Assembly (NCBI GenBank): GCA_903884005.1
Contig: CAISDA010000072.1
Location: forward strand, 95,522-159,521
DNA: 64,000 nt
Direction: 5' to 3'
Source of the DNA: an uncultured Ignavibacteriota bacterium
Lineage (GTDB): Bacteria > Bacteroidota > Ignavibacteria > UBA10030 > UBA8401
Made by a program: the position numbers and the translations under genes. A model generated the notes under the pieces. The model was not told the DNA's origin. It made no database searches and worked only from the letters and a program-made list of their open reading frames with translations. Below are positions 29,701-38,982 of this stretch, one piece after another; position 1 is the stretch's first letter, and each line of letters opens with the position of its first letter.

Positions 29701-30302
29701 CATCATCGCGCGGATATCCGCATCGCTCAGCTGTTCGATCTTCATCACTTCATGCGACGTGCGGAAGCCGTCGAAAAAATGGAGGATCGGGAGACGTCCT
29801 TCGAGTGTGGCCGCCTGCGAGATGAGCGCAAAGTCCATGACTTCCTGCACCGAGTGCGATGCGAGCATGACGAAGCCCGTCTGGCGAATGCCCATCACAT
29901 CCGAGTGGTCGCCGAAGATGGACAACGTCTGTGTCGTCAGCGCGCGGGCCGAAACGTGGAACACCGTGGGCGTCAATTCGCCGGCGATCTTGTACATGTT
30001 CGGGATCATGAGGAGCAAACCCTGCGACGCCGTAAAGGTCGTCGTGAGCGAACCGGCCTGCAATGCACCGTGGACGGCGCCGGCAGCGCCGCCTTCACTT
30101 TGAAGTTCGGCCACGACCGGCACCGTACCCCAGATATTTTTACGGCCTTCGGACGACCATTGATCGCACCATTCGCCCATATTGGACGACGGCGTGATCG
30201 GATAAATTGCAATGACTTCATTCGTTTTATGAGCGACGTATGCGGCGGCTTCATTACCGTCGATCGTCACCATTTTTCGTTCCATTGATTCATCTGCTTC
30301 CA
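26716..30302 (-). CDS. nifJ: pyruvate:ferredoxin (flavodoxin) oxidoreductase, single-polypeptide fused PFOR
   Basis: About 1195 aa. Start at MEADESMERKMVTIDGNEAAAYVAH, 7 nt after a GAGAGGA SD. Two [4Fe-4S] motifs CIQCGKCALVCP and CTGCGICVEICP; TPP-binding GGDGW..D region; about 65% of length alignable by eye to Desulfovibrio/Clostridial PFOR order. Confidence 0.9.
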
Positions 30303-30447
30303 TAGTGTTCCTCTCTTTTGCTCGATTGAATAAGTTGCATATCATGTTCTCAATGTGGTATCACACGGACCAATCACATTTCAACTGCACACGGCGTTTT
30401 GTCCAGAGCGGACAACAACGAGAAAATATGAGACCGAGAGCACCCTT

Positions 30448-30681
30448 TCACGAATGCTTGGGGTGATCATGTGCAGCTTCGGAAAGCCGTGTCGCCGCTT
30501 CCGCATTCCGGGCATGGACCTCCATGACCGTTTTTCTCAGTTTATTAATGTCGAGCGGATACTGCGGATGTTCTTCGTAGTAGTCCAGGACTTTTTCCAG
30601 CTGATGGCTCAGCATGTCGATTGCCGCATAGTCCTGCAGCATCTTCTGAATATTATGTGACGATAACGTAATGGAGTCCAT
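30448..30681 (-). CDS. small hypothetical protein (77 aa) between the ferredoxin and PFOR genes
   Basis: ATG start with AGGGAA SD-like; helical, acidic sequence MDSITLSSHNIQKMLQDYAAIDMLSHQLEKVLDYYEEHPQYPLD…; same strand as its flanking genes. Confidence 0.4.
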   Translation of the reverse strand: MDSITLSSHNIQKMLQDYAAIDMLSHQLEKVLDYYEEHPQYPLDINKLRKTVMEVHARNAEAATRLSEAAHDHPKHS

Positions 30682-30714
30682 AGCGAGTTCCCTGTGGTCG
30701 ATCGTAGAGGAGGG

Positions 30715-30963
30715 TTATTGGATTCCTTTCCGGGAACTGTCGTCCTGCTCCATCATCGCGCGGACCGGACAGAGTTCCATTGCTTTGTGAATGGATGCAA
30801 GTTCCTGCACAGTTGAAGGCTGCCGATAGACGTAACAAAATGCATCCGACGGATCGAATGTCACATTGCCCGGCGCAAAGCGCCTGCAAAGCCCGCATCC
30901 CTCGCAATGGTCGAGCGTCGAAAAACGGCCGGGCTCATTGCATCGTATTGCTTTCCTGTACAT
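30715..30963 (-). CDS. fdx: [4Fe-4S] ferredoxin (single-cluster, CxxCxxC…CP type)
   Basis: MYRKAIRCNEPGRFSTLDHCEGCGLCRRF…ELCPVRAM. Start moved to the ATG at 30963, since the track start at 30987 is TTG. Sits immediately upstream of PFOR on the same strand. Confidence 0.65.
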   Translation of the reverse strand: MYRKAIRCNEPGRFSTLDHCEGCGLCRRFAPGNVTFDPSDAFCYVYRQPSTVQELASIHKAMELCPVRAMMEQDDSSRKGIQ

Positions 30964-31204
30964 TAAAAACGGTTTCTTTCTCTTCAACGTGGATCAGAGT
31001 GCGATCGGTGCGGAAAAAATCTGTATCCGGACAACGGCGTGGGTGTGTCTCCCCTTTCCATTCGGATGGGGGAAGCCCCTATAATACGCATTAGTAGTGC
31101 AATTATTATGCCACTCTTTCTATTAGTAAGACTCTCATATTTTATTGAATTCCAACCATTTTACCTTTTTTGCATTCCAATTTACGGGAATGCGGGCCTC
31201 ACAA

Positions 31205-31251
31205 TCCCCAAAAATAAGAAAGCCGTCCGGAAGCATCTCCGGACGGCTTTC
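31205..31251 (-). terminator. rho-independent terminator of the cytochrome c gene
   Basis: Perfect 14-bp stem GAAAGCCGTCCGGA / TCCGGACGGCTTTC (31218-31251), loop AGCATC. On the minus strand it is followed by CTTATTTTTGGGG. Confidence 0.6.
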
Positions 31252-31275
31252 AGTAAAACTATGCACAAAAAATGA

Positions 31276-31612
31276 TTATTTTTTCGCGGGCTTGAAGGAC
31301 GCGATCCATTTTGTGAGCAGGGCCAGATCCTCTTTGCTGCCGGCGAATTTCATCATATGTTTTTTCCCGTTCAGGTCGGATTCTTTCATCAAATACGCTC
31401 CCATTTTATCGGCGGGCAATTTCGCAACAACGCCGGTGAGGTCATTTTTTTTGGGTGCAATTTTGATGCCTGCTGCATCGAGCGTATGGCACTTGTCGCA
31501 TTTGCTGGCGACAAAAATCGCCTTGCCATCTTTTTTGGCATCTTCAGCGCGAAGATTGACAAATGCGAACAGCGCGACAGCCGCCAACACCACTGCTGTG
31601 AATTTTTTCATT
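31276..31612 (-). CDS. monohaem c-type cytochrome (class I-like), secreted
   Basis: Start at MKKFTAVVLAAVALFAFVNLRA (AAGGAG SD 8 nt upstream); haem-binding CDKCH; distal Met candidates. The ORF-track N-terminal extension was rejected. Confidence 0.7.
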
Positions 31613-31682
31613 GTACACTCCTTGTATGATTGAGGTATTTGATTTTTTGCCGCTGCCGGGGCAGCGCGGGTACAGCAATTTT

Positions 31683-33521
31683 TTATATATCGTACGATAT
31701 TTCCCAATGCTCGGGCGATCGCCACAGCGCCGAGAGGATGAGCTGGCGCATGTAGAGAAATTCCTTCGGGAGCCTGTCGTAGAGTTTCACGAAGAGTTCC
31801 TCGTGCGAGACAATTTCTTTTTTCCACAATTCCCTGTTGACCGACTCAAGGTCGCGGAAGCGTTCCGGTGTAATGCTCTCGAGTCCGGTCCAGTCGATAT
31901 CTTCATAGCGCGGCATCCATCCCAAGGGGCTTTCGATGGCAACGCCTCTTCCCTGCGTTCGCTCGACGATCCACCGTAAGACGCGCATGTTTTCACCAAA
32001 ACCGGGCCAGAGAAATTGCCCCTGGTCATCGGTAAGGAACCAATTCACACTGAAGATGCGGGGCGGTTGAGAGACCTCGCGTCCCATCTGTAGCCAATGG
32101 TTGAAATATTCGGCCATATGATAGCCGCAGAACGGCAGCATCGCCATCGGGTCGCGGCGGACATCGCCGACAGCTCCCGCGGCGGCGGCCGTTGTTTCAG
32201 AGCCCATGGTGGCGGCAAAATAGACGCCGTAGTTCCAGTTGAATGCCTGCAGGATCAGCGGCACGGTCGTACTGCGTCGTCCGCCGAACACAAATGCGCT
32301 GATGGGAACGCCGTTCGGGTTTTCCCAGTCGGGATCGATGGTGGGATTTTGGTGCGCCGGCGCGGTGAAGCGCGAATTCGGATGGGCGGCTTTCCGTCCG
32401 CATCCGGGTGTCCAGGCTTTTCCCTGCCAGTCGGTCAGTTGTGCAGGTTCAACTTTTGTCATTCCTTCCCACCACACGTCGCCGTCCGGTGTCAGGGCCA
32501 CATTGGTGAAGATCGTATTCTTTGCGCACGAGGCCAGCGCGTTCGGATTGGATTTGTCCGATGTTCCCGGCGCGACGCCGAAGTAGCCGGCCTCGGGATT
32601 GATGGCGTACATTTTTCCATCCTTGCCGGGCTTGATCCAGGCGATGTCGTCGCCGATGGTCGTGACCTTCCAACCCGTCATTGATGCGGGGGGAATGAGC
32701 ATTGCAAAATTTGTTTTTCCGCACGCGCTGGGAAACGCGGCGGCGACATAGACCTTTTCTTTGTCGGGAGTTTCGACGCCGAGGATGAGCATATGTTCTG
32801 CGAGCCAGCCCTCATCGCGCGCCATGCTCGATGCGATCCGGAGCGCGAAGCATTTCTTCCCGAGCAGGGCATTGCCGCCGTAGCCGCTGCCATAGCTCCA
32901 TATCGAGCGCTCCTCGGGAAAATGCACGATGTATTTTTGCTCCTTGTTGCACGGCCACGACACATCCTCCTGACCCGGAGCGAGCGGCATGCCGACAGAA
33001 TGGAGACAAGGCACAAACTCTGCATCCTTGCCGAGCACATCGAGCGCCGCGCGTCCCATGCGTGTCATGATGCGCATGTTCACGACGACGTAGGGCGAGT
33101 CGGAGATTTCAACGCCGACATGTGAAATGGGAGATCCCAGCGGCCCCATGCTGAACGGTATCACATACATTGTGCGGCCTCGCATCGAGCCTTTGAACAG
33201 GTGCTGCAATGTGTCTTTCATTTCTTTGGGAGCGACCCAGTTGTTCGTCGGACCCGCGTCGTCTTTGCGCAAGCTGCAGATATAAGTGCGGTCTTCAACG
33301 CGCGCGACATCAGACGGATCGGAGAGCGCTAAAAAGCTGTTCGGCCTCGCGTCCTGGTTCAATCGAATAAACGTCCCGGATGATACCATGAGTTTGCACA
33401 GACGATCGTATTCTTCCTGGGATCCGTCACACCAGACAATCGAATCGGGCGTGCATAATTCGGCAGTGTCTCGCACCCATGATTTTAATTTTTCGTGCTG
33501 GACATACGTTGGAAATTCCAT
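31683..33521 (-). CDS. pckG: phosphoenolpyruvate carboxykinase (GTP)
   Basis: 612 aa. GTP-PEPCK signature regions (…[22 protein letters not shown]…, kinase-1a GxxxxGKT-like ACGKTN, PCK-specific domain). Confidence 0.9.
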   Translation of the reverse strand: MEFPTYVQHEKLKSWVRDTAELCTPDSIVWCDGSQEEYDRLCKLMVSSGTFIRLNQDARPNSFLALSDPSDVARVEDRTYICSLRKDDAGPTNNWVAPKEMKDTLQHLFKGSMRGRTMYVIPFSMGPLGSPISHVGVEISDSPYVVVNMRIMTRMGRAALDVLGKDAEFVPCLHSVGMPLAPGQEDVSWPCNKEQKYIVHFPEERSIWSYGSGYGGNALLGKKCFALRIASSMARDEGWLAEHMLILGVETPDKEKVYVAAAFPSACGKTNFAMLIPPASMTGWKVTTIGDDIAWIKPGKDGKMYAINPEAGYFGVAPGTSDKSNPNALASCAKNTIFTNVALTPDGDVWWEGMTKVEPAQLTDWQGKAWTPGCGRKAAHPNSRFTAPAHQNPTIDPDWENPNGVPISAFVFGGRRSTTVPLILQAFNWNYGVYFAATMGSETTAAAAGAVGDVRRDPMAMLPFCGYHMAEYFNHWLQMGREVSQPPRIFSVNWFLTDDQGQFLWPGFGENMRVLRWIVERTQGRGVAIESPLGWMPRYEDIDWTGLESITPERFRDLESVNRELWKKEIVSHEELFVKLYDRLPKEFLYMRQLILSALWRSPEHWEISYDI

Positions 33522-33523
33522 AT

Positions 33524-33964
33524 TTACTCGATCCGCTTCTGTTGAGTGTGTGGTCGATCCTGCTGCAGCAGCACGCAGTCGTCGATGTGCAGTTCCTGTG
33601 CAATCGCTGCCAGGACGTGGTCTATGGGAACAGGTTTATACAGCACTTCGCGCACGATCCTTCGGATCGAACGCTCCAGTGACGGCTCTTTCTGCCTGTA
33701 CGCATAGAGTCCGATAATGGGAACAGCATTGCCCTCGCGCCGCCATCGCTGGAATTCTGCCAACAACTGGGGAACCATTTTTTCAAGATCGGCAACCACG
33801 AGCGCTATGGATGTGTCTCCGCGAGAGCGCCGCAGGTCTTCGATGCACTGTGTTGTAATAATAGAAAATTTTTCTTGCAAAAGAAACGACAGACTTTTAG
33901 TCAAGTCCCGGTCGGGCGAATGCAATAAAATTGTTTGTTGTTTTTCGGATTCAGGCATTTTCAA
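33524..33964 (-). CDS. stand-alone receiver-like (CheY-like / pseudo-receiver) domain protein
   Basis: 146 aa. Phospho-acceptor-like ALVVADL; conserved K-P (VLYKPVP). The acidic pocket is degenerate (SPDRD). Stop is 2 bp from the pckG start. Confidence 0.5.
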   Translation of the reverse strand: MKMPESEKQQTILLHSPDRDLTKSLSFLLQEKFSIITTQCIEDLRRSRGDTSIALVVADLEKMVPQLLAEFQRWRREGNAVPIIGLYAYRQKEPSLERSIRRIVREVLYKPVPIDHVLAAIAQELHIDDCVLLQQDRPHTQQKRIE

Positions 33965-34183
33965 AAATTGGATCAGACATGATGTAACAAAGAACAGTTA
34001 CAATTTGTATGCCATGTGTGTGATCCGGCGAAACGAATAAATATGGGCATATTTCAGGGGTATTGTGCGGGAAATTTCTTATTTTTTGGAAAATCGGTCC
34101 CGTCATTCTTGAAATTGGAAATGCGACGGGAGGCGTGCCGGGGTACCCGCCCTCGGGAAGAGGGCGGAGCATCAGGAACGTGG

Positions 34184-35569
34184 TCAGGAACGTTCTTTGG
34201 GCGTATGAAGGGAGATCTTATATTCCTCCATTTTCCGATAGAGCGTGGAGAGGCTCATGCCGAATTCTTTCGCCGCCGCTTCTTTGTCGTGAGGATAATG
34301 AGCAAGCTTTTTTTCGATGAGCTGGCGTTCGAACTGATGGACTGCATCCTTGAACGTCATTGACGACGGGATTGAAAATGCATTCGACGATGACGATGAT
34401 TGCTGAAGATCGGCGGGCAAATGGGTCTCATCGATATATTCATCGCTGCAGAAGATCATGGCTCGCTCGATGACATTCTGGAGCTCGCGGACTTGGCCCG
34501 GCCATGCATAGCGCATGAGCATGTCCATGGCCCTGTTGGTGAGCCCCTTCACATTCTTGCCCATTTGCTTCCGGAACACCTCGATGAAATGAGACACCAG
34601 CAGCGGAATATCGTCCTCCCTCTCGGCGAGCCGCGGGAGATGGATGTCGACAATATTGAGGCGGTAAAAGAGATCTTCACGGAAACGGTTATGCGCGACT
34701 TCCTCGCGCAGATTGCGGTTCGTGGCGGCAATGATGCGGACGTCGATGACGATCGGGTCGTTGCTGCCCACCGGCGTGATCTCCTTTTGTTCGAGCGCAC
34801 GGAGGAGCTTCACCTGCAATTGGAACGGCATTTCGCTGATCTCATCGAGAAGCAGCGTGCCCCCCTCGGCGACCTTGAGCATGCCGTCCTTATCGGCGAC
34901 GGCTCCGGTGAAGGCACCTTTTTTATGCCCGAAGAGTTCGCTCTCGAACAGGGTCTCGACGATGGCGCCGCAGTTGATGGCGGCAAAGCGGTTGCGGCTC
35001 CGTTTGCTGTTGTAATGGATCGCCCTGGCGACGAGTTCCTTGCCCGTGCCGCTGGCGCCGGTGATCATCACGGTGCCGTCGCTCGGTGCGACCTTTTCGA
35101 TCGTCTCGAACACCTTCTTCATGGCGGCGCTGTGGCCGATGATGTGATGGAAGTCGTACTGCCGGTTCAGTTCCTTGCGGAGCATCACGTTTTCCTGCGC
35201 GAGCGCCCGGTGCTCGAAGAGTTTTTTCACGCGCAGCAGCATGTCGTCGAACTCGATCGGCTTCAGGATATAGTCGAACGCCCCTTTCCTGAGCGCCTCG
35301 ATCGCGGTCTCGATGGAAGCGTACGCCGTAATGATGATAACGAAGGTCTGCGGAGACCGCACGGATATTTTTTCGAGCAGTTCGATGCCGCGCAGCTGGG
35401 GCATTTCTATATCCGTTATGACAAGATCGAATTCCGTGCGCGACAGCATCTCGTAGGCGACGGCGCCGTTTGCGGCTTTCGATACCTTGTAGCCTTCCTT
35501 TTCCAGGATATAGCCGATGGAGTCGCGGATGATCTCCTCGTCATCGACAACCAAGATTCGCTCATTCAT
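34184..35569 (-). CDS. sigma54-dependent response regulator (NtrC/AtoC family: receiver, AAA+ sigma54-interaction, Fis-type HTH)
   Basis: 461 aa. Receiver DD..D..K; Walker A GASGTGKE; GAFTGA; C-terminal HTH. Confidence 0.85.
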   Translation of the reverse strand: MNERILVVDDEEIIRDSIGYILEKEGYKVSKAANGAVAYEMLSRTEFDLVITDIEMPQLRGIELLEKISVRSPQTFVIIITAYASIETAIEALRKGAFDYILKPIEFDDMLLRVKKLFEHRALAQENVMLRKELNRQYDFHHIIGHSAAMKKVFETIEKVAPSDGTVMITGASGTGKELVARAIHYNSKRSRNRFAAINCGAIVETLFESELFGHKKGAFTGAVADKDGMLKVAEGGTLLLDEISEMPFQLQVKLLRALEQKEITPVGSNDPIVIDVRIIAATNRNLREEVAHNRFREDLFYRLNIVDIHLPRLAEREDDIPLLVSHFIEVFRKQMGKNVKGLTNRAMDMLMRYAWPGQVRELQNVIERAMIFCSDEYIDETHLPADLQQSSSSSNAFSIPSSMTFKDAVHQFERQLIEKKLAHYPHDKEAAAKEFGMSLSTLYRKMEEYKISLHTPKERS

Positions 35570-36986
35570 GGAGACTCCCTTTCAGCGGCAATGAGATTGT
35601 AAATTTTGTCCCTTGCTCCAGTTCACTAGACACTTGTATGTCACCGCCAAAATTTTTGACGATGCCCAGACTCACCCACAAGCCCAATCCTGTGCCCTTC
35701 CCGACCTCTTTGGTCGTGAAGAAGGGGTCGAATATTTTTTCCATGTCTTCCTTGGCGATCCCGCGCCCGTCGTCGCGGATCACGATCTCGATGCTCCGTT
35801 CGCTGAGCCTGCTGGTGACCCCGATCGAGTGCGCGCCGGACCCGCAGGCGTCCACCGCATTCATGAGGATGTTCAGGAAGACCTGCACCAGCTGATCGGA
35901 AACGACGGCGATATGCGGAAGCGCTTCATAGAGCTGGACCTTGAACGTGATGTTCTGCACTTTTTTGCCGTACTGCACGATGTTCAACGCGTCGCGAATG
36001 ACGTTGTTGACATCGGTCCTCTTGATCTCGTAAGCCGACGGCCGGGAAAAGTCCACCAGCTCGCGGATGATTTTCGTGATGCGGTTGATCTGATTCTTGA
36101 CAAGCTCGAGCTTCTCGCGCGCGAACTCGTCCTTCGTCGTGCGCTGTATCACCTGCACGATGGAAGAGATGGATGTGAGCGGGTTGCCCACCTCGTGCGC
36201 AATGCCTGCGGCGAGCGTGCCGAAGGTTTCCATTTTCTGCGAGCGCACCAATTGCTTTTCCAATTGTTTCTGCTCGGTGATATCGCGGTGGGCGCCGACG
36301 AATCCGATCACCGTCCGGTGCTCATCGAGGATGGGCGAGATGACGACTTCCGAATGGAAGAAGCTTCCGTCTTTCCTGCGGTTTTGCAGATGCCCGACCC
36401 ATTCCTTGCCGCCGAGGATACGCTTCCAGATTTTTGCCCAGAATTCCTTATCATGCATGCCGCTTTTAAGCAGGTTCGGATTCCGGCCGAGTAATTCCTC
36501 TTTGCTGTAGCCGCTGATGCGTTCGTAAGCAGGATTGACGTAGATGATTTTTCCGTTCGCATCGGTGATCTGGATCGGATTAACAGTATGCAGCGTCACT
36601 TCTGAAAAACGGAGCAGGTCGAGTTCGATCTTCCGCTGTTCGGATATATCCTTCACCATGACGAGAAACAGCGGCGCCTCGGCCCCCGATCCGGTGATGC
36701 GGACCATGGTAACCTCGGCAAAGACCTGATCGCCCGGCGAAAATATGAACGTCGTCCGGAATGTGCAGGCCTGTTCATCGGTCAGCAGCATGTGCGCAAA
36801 CTGCCGGTCCCCCGCATTTCCCCACGCATCATGGATCGACCGCGACTGCGATTCGGGACCGGCGATCTTCCGGCGCTTGCAGGCTGCCGGATTGCACTCC
36901 GCGACCGAACCGTCCGCAGCGATGACGATGATCGCATCGGTGTGTAGTTCGAATATTTTTTTATACATCTCGTCCGAGAGCGTCAT
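35562..36986 (-). CDS. PAS-domain sensor histidine kinase (2 PAS, HisKA, HATPase_c), cognate to the downstream NtrC-like regulator
   Basis: 474 aa. H-box AAGIAHEVGNPLTSI; N/G boxes NILMNAVDA, DDGRGI, GTGLGL. Overlaps the RR start by 8 nt. Confidence 0.85.
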   Translation of the reverse strand: MTLSDEMYKKIFELHTDAIIVIAADGSVAECNPAACKRRKIAGPESQSRSIHDAWGNAGDRQFAHMLLTDEQACTFRTTFIFSPGDQVFAEVTMVRITGSGAEAPLFLVMVKDISEQRKIELDLLRFSEVTLHTVNPIQITDANGKIIYVNPAYERISGYSKEELLGRNPNLLKSGMHDKEFWAKIWKRILGGKEWVGHLQNRRKDGSFFHSEVVISPILDEHRTVIGFVGAHRDITEQKQLEKQLVRSQKMETFGTLAAGIAHEVGNPLTSISSIVQVIQRTTKDEFAREKLELVKNQINRITKIIRELVDFSRPSAYEIKRTDVNNVIRDALNIVQYGKKVQNITFKVQLYEALPHIAVVSDQLVQVFLNILMNAVDACGSGAHSIGVTSRLSERSIEIVIRDDGRGIAKEDMEKIFDPFFTTKEVGKGTGLGLWVSLGIVKNFGGDIQVSSELEQGTKFTISLPLKGSLHE

Positions 36987-38758
36987 GCTGCTTCCTGCTC
37001 CTTGTATTGGAGCTGGTACAATTTATAATAGATGCCCCCAAGCGACAACAATTCCTGATGCGTGCCTCGTTCCCTGATCTCGCCCTTATGCATCACGATG
37101 ATCATTGTGGCCCGCTGAATGGTGGACAGACGATGCGCGATGACGATCGCGGTCCGGTTCGCGAGCAGCCGGTCGATCGCCGATTGAATGAGCTGTTCGG
37201 TCTCCGTATCGATGCTCGAGGTCGCCTCATCGAGCACGAGAATGGACGGATTGTACGCCAGGGCGCGCGCGAATGAGAGGAGCTGTTTCTGGCCCACCGA
37301 CAGTGTCGACCCGCGCTCCTTCACCTCTTCGTCATACCCATGCGGGAGTCGTTGAATGAAACCGTCGACGCCCACCATGATCGCGGCGTTACGAATCTGC
37401 TCGTCGGAGATCTGCGTGTTGCCGAGACTGATGTTGCTATTAATGTCGCCGGAGAACAGGAACACGTCCTGCAGCACGACGGCGATGTGCCGGCGAAGAT
37501 CGTCGGACGAAAGCACGTTGATATTGATGTCGTCAATGAAGATCGCGCCGCGCTGGATCTCGTAGAAGCGCGACAGGAGGCTGATGATGGTTGTCTTGCC
37601 GGCTCCCGTATGCCCGACAAAGGCGACGGTGGCACCCGGTTCGATGACGAAGGAGACATCCTTCAATACCCAATGTTCATCCGCGTACGCGAACCAGACA
37701 TTCCGGAATTCGATCTTCCCTTTCACGCCGGGAAGCGGCATGGGGTGTTCGGGCTCCTGGTGCAGCGTCGTGTCGTCCAGCAGTTTGAAGATCCGTTCGG
37801 ACGACGCCATTGCGGTCTGCATGATGTTGTATTTTTCGGACAGATCGCGTATGGGGCGCCAGAACATTTCGTTGAACTGAAGGAACGCCATCACCGTACC
37901 GATCGTGACCGTGCCTTTGAGCGCATTGCCGCCGGCATACCAGATGATCAACCCGACAGAGACGGCGCCGATGAGGTCCACACCGGGATAAAAGAGTGCA
38001 TAATACAATATTGATTTGATGTTGGCATCCCTGTGCCCGGCGTTGTGTTCGGTGAACTGCGTGTACGCCTTCTGTTCGCGGTTGAAGATCTGGTCCACGA
38101 GCATGCCGGTGATATGTTCCTGCATGAATGTATTGATGCGCGCGATGTAGAGGCGGACCTCACGGTACGCTTCGCGGGCTTTTTTCCGGAAGAGGGCCGT
38201 GCCGTAGACGAGCACGGGCAGCATGCTGAGCGACAGGAGCGCAAGGGGCCAGCTCATCGTGAACATGAACCAGACGATGCCGATGATCATGAACACATCG
38301 CTGAAGACCATGACGATGCCGGACGAGAACATTTCGTTGAGGACCTCGACATCGTTCGTGACGCGCGTGATGAGGCGCCCGATGGGATTCTTGTCGTAAA
38401 ACGGCAGCGAGAGGCGCTGCAGGTGGCTGTACATTTCCATGCGCAGGTCGAAGATGGTCTTTTGTCCGATGACCTGCGTGAGATAGGCGTTGAAATACTG
38501 CACGACACCGCGGAAGAGCAGCGTGGCAAGGAACAGCAGCGCCGTTATGAGGAGCCCGGACTTATCCTTCTGTGCGATGTTGACATCGACTGCAATTTTC
38601 GTGAAATACGGGCGGACCGCTTCGAGCGCCGAGACCAGGATGGAGAGCGCGATCGCGAGTGCGACGAGCCATTTATACGGTTTCAGATAATAGATCAGCC
38701 GCTTCATGAGCTGGGCGTCGTATGCTTTTCCGAGTATTTCTTCTTCGTGCATTGCCAT
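36983..38758 (-). CDS. ABC exporter, fused permease-ATPase (MsbA/lipid A-multidrug exporter family), subunit 2 of a probable heterodimer
   Basis: 591 aa. 6 TM + NBD with Walker A GHTGAGKTT, signature LSVGQKQ, Walker B ILVLDEATS. Its stop overlaps the HK start by 4 nt. Confidence 0.85.
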   Translation of the reverse strand: MAMHEEEILGKAYDAQLMKRLIYYLKPYKWLVALAIALSILVSALEAVRPYFTKIAVDVNIAQKDKSGLLITALLFLATLLFRGVVQYFNAYLTQVIGQKTIFDLRMEMYSHLQRLSLPFYDKNPIGRLITRVTNDVEVLNEMFSSGIVMVFSDVFMIIGIVWFMFTMSWPLALLSLSMLPVLVYGTALFRKKAREAYREVRLYIARINTFMQEHITGMLVDQIFNREQKAYTQFTEHNAGHRDANIKSILYYALFYPGVDLIGAVSVGLIIWYAGGNALKGTVTIGTVMAFLQFNEMFWRPIRDLSEKYNIMQTAMASSERIFKLLDDTTLHQEPEHPMPLPGVKGKIEFRNVWFAYADEHWVLKDVSFVIEPGATVAFVGHTGAGKTTIISLLSRFYEIQRGAIFIDDININVLSSDDLRRHIAVVLQDVFLFSGDINSNISLGNTQISDEQIRNAAIMVGVDGFIQRLPHGYDEEVKERGSTLSVGQKQLLSFARALAYNPSILVLDEATSSIDTETEQLIQSAIDRLLANRTAIVIAHRLSTIQRATMIIVMHKGEIRERGTHQELLSLGGIYYKLYQLQYKEQEAA

Positions 38759-38808
38759 AATGACTCTGGTTCCAATAATTCGTGGCTACTCAGCGTACTC
38801 TATAGTCC

Positions 38809-38845
38809 TGTCATTCTGAGGGAGCTCGAGCGACCGAAGAATCTA
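38809..38845 (+). repeat. inverted partner arm of repeat family 1 (TGTCATTCTGAGGGAGCTCGAGCGACCGAAGAATCTA)
   Basis: Its termini (TGTCATYCTGAG…GAAGRATCTA) match the reverse complement of the family-1 core at 38904-38931, giving an inverted-repeat pair around a 58-bp spacer. Confidence 0.4.
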
Positions 38846-38869
38846 AAAGAACATAAGCAACGTGGACCA

Positions 38870-38955
38870 TGAATTAAATGCTGCCTGTATCGATCACTTT
38901 TTTAGATCCTTCGCTTCGCTCAGGATGACAATAATTTTGGTGCACACTGAGTAGT
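38870..38955 (+). repeat. intergenic repeat family 1, copy B
   Basis: About 93% identity to 10799-10884. Lies between the two ABC exporter genes. Confidence 0.6.
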
Positions 38956-38982
38956 TGCAGTATTTCAATGTCGGTGCAACTG

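Noticed and set aside
28162-30288. 708-aa plus-strand ORF (and similar long ORFs 1594-2880, 13775-14962, 25527-26660, 34400-35602, 39400-40659, 41397-42458, 42972-44261, 60745-61743, 7995-8918, 21173-22072)
   Set aside because: Each lies antisense to a well-supported gene with clear motifs. They are Arg/His/Cys-rich with low complexity, typical of stop-codon-poor antisense frames in roughly 60% GC DNA.
31613-31827. ORF-track N-terminal extension of the cytochrome c gene (183 aa version) overlapping the PEPCK 3' end
   Set aside because: The internal ATG at 31612 has an AAGGAG SD 8 nt upstream and begins a canonical signal peptide. The upstream part would overlap pckG coding sequence.
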